Positions 59,883 through 64,000 of a stretch of 64,000 nucleotides of DNA are shown piece after piece. The stretch is from NCBI GenBank assembly GCA_963749655.1, contig CAVVOB010000014.1:64001-128000 (forward strand), read 5' to 3'. The stretch's first letter is position 1. Each line of letters begins with the position of its first letter. Position numbers and translations under genes: made by a program. The DNA is from Nitrospirota bacterium (GTDB taxonomy: Bacteria > Nitrospirota > UBA9217). Below the pieces are notes generated by a model. That model was not told where the DNA came from. It saw only the letters and a list, made by a program, of their open reading frames with translations, and ran no database searches.

Positions 59883-62843
59883 CTACCGGGAGACGCGGTC
59901 CGGAAATCCCTCGAGGACCGTGTGCACTGCTTCCAGCAGCTCGTTCTTGGAGAACGGTTTTCCCAGGAAGAATTGGCCGTTCCGGAGCAGGCCTTTCTCG
60001 CGGATCACGTCCTCCTGATACCCGCTGGTAAAGAGGGCCTTCAAGCCGGGCTGCCGTCTTATAATGGTCTTGTAGGCGTCGTTCCCGGTCATTTTCGGCA
60101 TGATGACGTCGAGGATGGCGAGGTCGACCGCGCCCCGGTGCGCCGTGAACCTGGAGCATGCATCCTCGCCGTCGCATGCTTCGATGACCGTGTACCCGTG
60201 GCCTTCGAGCACGGCCTTCACGAACTCCCTGACATCCTCTTCATTCTCGGCCACCAGGATCGTCCTGCCGCCCCGCGGGCCGCGCAGGGGCGGGGGTGCC
60301 AAGGCGGCCGCAGTCGACGCAGCCGCGGCCTGTTCCCGCGCCAGCGGCAGGTAGACCGTGAACGTCGATCCTTTGCCCGGCTCGCTGTCCACGGTGATGT
60401 AGCCGCGGTGTTCCTTGACGATATCGTAGACGATGGATAGCCCGAAGCCCGTTCCCTTGTCCAGCCCTTTGGTCGTGAAGAAGGGCTCGAAGATCTTTTC
60501 ACGGACCGCGGCCGTCATACCGATGCCGGTGTCGGCAACGGACATCATGGCGTAGACGCCCGGCTTGCCGTAGCCGTAGGTCGTAATGAAATCGCCGGTC
60601 AGCTCCTCCGTACCCGTCCTTATGGCGATCAGGCCCCCCGAAGGCATGGCGTCCCGCGCGTTCACCAGCAGGTTCATGATGATCCGTTCGATCTGGCTGC
60701 AATCCGCAAGAATGGGCAGCGGTTTTTCCTGCGGGCTGATGGACAACTGGACTCCCTCGCGAAGCAGGCCGGCAAGAAGCTTCTCCATGCGCTGCACGAT
60801 GTCACCCAGGTCGGCGGAGGCAAGGCTTACGACCTGCTTCTTGCCGAAAGCGAGCAGCGTCTGGGTCATGTTCGCGGCGCGCTCGGTCGCGGCAAGGATC
60901 TGATCCACCTGGTCGCGCAGCGGGTCGCTCCGCTTGATCTTCATGTGCATAAGGTTCGCGTATCCGACAATGGTGGTGAGGACATTATTGAAGTCGTGCG
61001 CCACACCTCCCGCAAGCTTCCCGATCGCCTCCATCTTCTGGGCGTACCGGAGCCGGCCTTCGAGCGCCTTGCGCTCCGTGATGTCGACGAGCGTTCCGAT
61101 CACCGCCGGCTCCCCCTCGTAATCGAGGCGGGCCGCGGTCATGAGTGCCCAGCGCTCAGCGCCGTCCTTCCGGATCACCTTGAACTCATACTGGGTCGGC
61201 GCCGGGTCGGCGTGCAGCCGAAGTAGTCCGCGCGACCGCACCAGCTCCCGGTAATCGGGATGCACCATGTCCCAGAAGTGCATGGTGCGGAACTCGTCGT
61301 GGGTATAGCCGGACATGCTCTCCGCGGTCCGGTTCGTAAACAGCAGCCTGCCGCCCCGGTGTATGAAAATGGCCGCGGGCGTCGTCTGAGCAAGGGTGCG
61401 GAACTTCAGCTCGCTCTCCTCAAGGGACTCTCTCGCGAAGCGGGCCTCTTCGTACAGAAGGGCATTTTCGATCGCCACGGCCGCCTGAACAGCCAGTGTT
61501 TCGAGGAGCTCGATGTCGCCGGGCGCGTAGGGAGCGCCGCCGCCCTTTTGTCCGAGGGTCAGAATCCCCCGCAGCGTTCCCTTGGATATGAGGGGGATGG
61601 CCGCCTCGGCGCCCGTTTTTTTCATCCACCCGTTCATTGCGCCGAATTCGGCCTCCGGCTTTTCCTCCAGCTCCTCCCGGATCATCACGACGCCGCTCTG
61701 ATCGATCCCTGCAACGACGGCCGGGGGCACTGCCCCTTCTTCGCACTCATCAGCGGCCTCCGCATGGCCCCTTCGCCGCCGGTAGCGCCCGTCTCCGTCC
61801 CTGAGGTACAGGCATACCCGGTTGACGCTGAGGCTGGTCCGTATGCTGTTGATGATGAAGTCCAGCAATTCAGGAAGACTGAGGATGGCACCGATGGCCC
61901 TGATCGACTCCCCCATAACCCGTTGATAGTCGAACCGCGCCGGAAAGAACATGCTCCGAAGGCGTGCCTGGATCTTCTTATTGATCGATGCGCCGGTCAG
62001 GAAAAGGACCCCGATGCACGGCAGGGACACGGCGATGGCTGTGGCGTCTCCCATCACCGGCTCAAGAAGTCTGAACAGGACCGTCTGGAGAAAAATGAGC
62101 ACGATCGACGAGAGCGCGACCGTCAAGGTCTGGGAAATGACGCTCCCGACGTCGAAAAGGCGATGGTGCGTCATGGCATAGAACGTGAGCAGCACCCAGG
62201 GAAGGCTGAAATAAGAGCCGAGGCAGGGATCGAATCCGAACCCGCCGAAAAGCTGCAGGACTCCCTCGACAAAAGCTCCTCCGATGATGAAGATCAGAAG
62301 TCCGTAGGTGAAATAATTCAACTGGGCCCTTCGCAACCCCGTCATCTGCCGCCTCAGCCGGAATATTTCCACGATCACCCACGATACCTGGATGATCCCC
62401 GCGATCCGGAGGGGCTTTCCCAGAATACCGGACCGGTCGATATGGGGCAGCAGCGAGTAGTGGCCATGTTCGATCAGGCCGGTTGAAAGGCTGACAGCGA
62501 GGACAACGCACCAGAAGGGATACAGCACCCGTCCGGCGATCCGGGCGGTCCGGCTGTCCTCGTCGCGGAGATAAAAGACGAACTGGACGGCCGCGGGGAT
62601 CATCAGCCAGCCGATCCAGCTGGCGCGGGCAAGTGTGGTGACGTCCCGCCCCCTCGACGCGAGAACATACATAAGCGCCGTGGTCAAGGCAAAGGCGGCT
62701 GCGAAGAAGGAGAAGGCGGCAACGGATTTATTCACCCGGCTGTTGCGCGGGTTGTTGACGAGAAGCAGCATCCCCAGGACCATCTCGAGGAGCGCTACGA
62801 TAAAGAGCGGATAACCGATGAGCGACAGGACATTCGTATGCAT
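59883..62843 (-). CDS. Hybrid histidine kinase with N-terminal 7TM-type sensor, GAF, PAS, REC
   Basis: Multiple TM helices, [26 protein letters not shown]. Confidence 0.93.
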   Translation of the reverse strand: MHTNVLSLIGYPLFIVALLEMVLGMLLLVNNPRNSRVNKSVAAFSFFAAAFALTTALMYVLASRGRDVTTLARASWIGWLMIPAAVQFVFYLRDEDSRTARIAGRVLYPFWCVVLAVSLSTGLIEHGHYSLLPHIDRSGILGKPLRIAGIIQVSWVIVEIFRLRRQMTGLRRAQLNYFTYGLLIFIIGGAFVEGVLQLFGGFGFDPCLGSYFSLPWVLLTFYAMTHHRLFDVGSVISQTLTVALSSIVLIFLQTVLFRLLEPVMGDATAIAVSLPCIGVLFLTGASINKKIQARLRSMFFPARFDYQRVMGESIRAIGAILSLPELLDFIINSIRTSLSVNRVCLYLRDGDGRYRRRRGHAEAADECEEGAVPPAVVAGIDQSGVVMIREELEEKPEAEFGAMNGWMKKTGAEAAIPLISKGTLRGILTLGQKGGGAPYAPGDIELLETLAVQAAVAIENALLYEEARFARESLEESELKFRTLAQTTPAAIFIHRGGRLLFTNRTAESMSGYTHDEFRTMHFWDMVHPDYRELVRSRGLLRLHADPAPTQYEFKVIRKDGAERWALMTAARLDYEGEPAVIGTLVDITERKALEGRLRYAQKMEAIGKLAGGVAHDFNNVLTTIVGYANLMHMKIKRSDPLRDQVDQILAATERAANMTQTLLAFGKKQVVSLASADLGDIVQRMEKLLAGLLREGVQLSISPQEKPLPILADCSQIERIIMNLLVNARDAMPSGGLIAIRTGTEELTGDFITTYGYGKPGVYAMMSVADTGIGMTAAVREKIFEPFFTTKGLDKGTGFGLSIVYDIVKEHRGYITVDSEPGKGSTFTVYLPLAREQAAAASTAAALAPPPLRGPRGGRTILVAENEEDVREFVKAVLEGHGYTVIEACDGEDACSRFTAHRGAVDLAILDVIMPKMTGNDAYKTIIRRQPGLKALFTSGYQEDVIREKGLLRNGQFFLGKPFSKNELLEAVHTVLEGFPDRVSR

Positions 62844-63025
62844 GAAATTCCGGGTGCGTGCTTTTTCCGAGGTTTTCCTTCGTCAGGCGCGATTGACGAG
62901 TACGATTGTGAACAGGGGGGAAGAAGCCGCGTGCGTTTGACCAGGCGAAACGACGGCGCTGAGGCACTTGTCCCAGAGGGACAAAAGCCGGGAAAAAATG
63001 GGAATCCCCGATGTTTTCAGTCGGA

Positions 63026-63082
63026 ACTATACGGGATTACGACCGGGAAAGACCATACCCGAGGCAGGGTATTTTTAGGGTA
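63026..63082 (-). promoter_or_regulatory. Promoter with TACCC-type motif upstream of the 7TM kinase
   Basis: TACCCTAAAAATACCC, 11 bp, TGGTCT, 18 bp, TATAGT. Confidence 0.55.
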
Positions 63083-63110
63083 GGTCGGGATTGCTACGGT
63101 AAACGGGCGA

Positions 63111-63590
63111 TCACGGCTTGCCGGTAAGCTCGTACAGGACCTGGGTATGGGGCATTCCCTCATCGACTTCCGCCCGAAGGACCTGGGCAAAAGACGCCGG
63201 AATTTCAGGGAAAAAGGCATCTCCGCTGAAGGACTGGCGGATGACGGTCAGATAAATGCGGTCCACCAGGTGCATCGTCTCGCGAAAAACCTCCGCGCCG
63301 CCGCAGACAAAGGCCTCGTCCGCGTCCGCGCAGGCAGCGAGCGCCGATGCGATGTCATGGACGATGAGGCAGCCTTCCGTCCGGAAGTCCGGCTGCCGCG
63401 TGAGCACGATGTTGGTCCTGCGCGAGAGGGGCCTGCCGATGCTTTCGAACGTTTTCCGTCCCATGATGACCGGATGCCCGCGCGTGATCGCGTGGAACCG
63501 CTTGCGGTCCGGCGGCAGGTCCCAGGGCATCCGGTTGTCCCGCCCGATCACCCGGTTTTCCGCCATGGCAGCTATGATGGAGAGGATCAT
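63111..63590 (-). CDS. folA: Dihydrofolate reductase
   Basis: IIAAMAENRVIG..MPW.LP.D..F, IMGRKTFESI..PL..R.NIVLT, GG, GDAFFP. Confidence 0.95.
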   Translation of the reverse strand: MILSIIAAMAENRVIGRDNRMPWDLPPDRKRFHAITRGHPVIMGRKTFESIGRPLSRRTNIVLTRQPDFRTEGCLIVHDIASALAACADADEAFVCGGAEVFRETMHLVDRIYLTVIRQSFSGDAFFPEIPASFAQVLRAEVDEGMPHTQVLYELTGKP

Positions 63591-63636
63591 TGAAATAGCC
63601 CGGATACCTGCGGGTCGAGCAACGACAATAAAATTT

Positions 63637-63729
63637 ACCGCGAAAGCGCGAAGTGCGCAAGGAGATCGAAATGCTTTTTTACCGCAGATATCTTTTGCCT
63701 TCCTCGCGTCCCTCGCGCCCCGGCGGTTC
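63637..63729. repeat. Triplet-arm inverted element (CGCGAAG/CGCGAGG type)
   Basis: ACCGCGAAAGCGCGAAGTGCGCAAGG ... CCTCGCGTCCCTCGCGCCCCGGCGGT. Confidence 0.7.
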
Positions 63730-63748
63730 AAGGTCGTTGATTCCGCGG

Positions 63749-64000
63749 TCACATTTTCCCGTTCAGGTATTTTTTTCTCTTCGCAGCCGGAAACCGCTCG
63801 ATCGCATACCGGAGCATGGTGCGGGGCATTTTTTTGTAATGCCGCAGCAGGAACTTCTCCTCCGCCGCAGCCGACCGCTTGCCCACTTCGCGCAGCATCC
63901 AGCCCACGGCCTTGTGGATCAGATCGTGCTCATCGGACAGGAGCATGCCGGCGATCTTCAGCGTGTCCGCAAAATCGTTCTGCCTGATGAAACTAAGCGT
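63749..64000 (-). CDS. DNA alkylation repair protein (AlkD-like), partial
   Basis: [31 protein letters not shown]. Confidence 0.9.
   Translation of the reverse strand, partial: TLSFIRQNDFADTLKIAGMLLSDEHDLIHKAVGWMLREVGKRSAAAEEKFLLRHYKKMPRTMLRYAIERFPAAKRKKYLNGKM

Overview
GC-rich bacterial chromosome segment. The gene content suggests an anaerobic Nitrospirota/Desulfobacterota-like organism (inference). It holds a selenocysteine formate dehydrogenase (fdnG, partial), adk, folA, many two-component genes, and an accessory block of about 22-45 kb (STAND-BTAD regulator, surface lipoproteins, Fic, dead integrase, a 2187-aa surface protein with a lipoprotein and a Zn-PLC-fold enzyme). No rRNA, tRNA or CRISPR was seen. 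Two top candidates for an undescribed system. (1) A radical SAM/SPASM gene lies between two paralogous Tat-exported lipoproteins. Each carries an X-Tyr-Gly-Pro motif right after the lipobox, resembling a tyramine-excising splicease acting on surface proteins. (2) A 16-bp motif T(A/C)CCCY(A/T)AAAATACCC sits exactly 11 bp upstream of the -35 box of five promoters, including those of the rSAM operon, the BTAD regulator and the surface-protein genes. Several indel clusters probably reflect sequencing errors. All family assignments come from motif recognition by eye, not from database searches.
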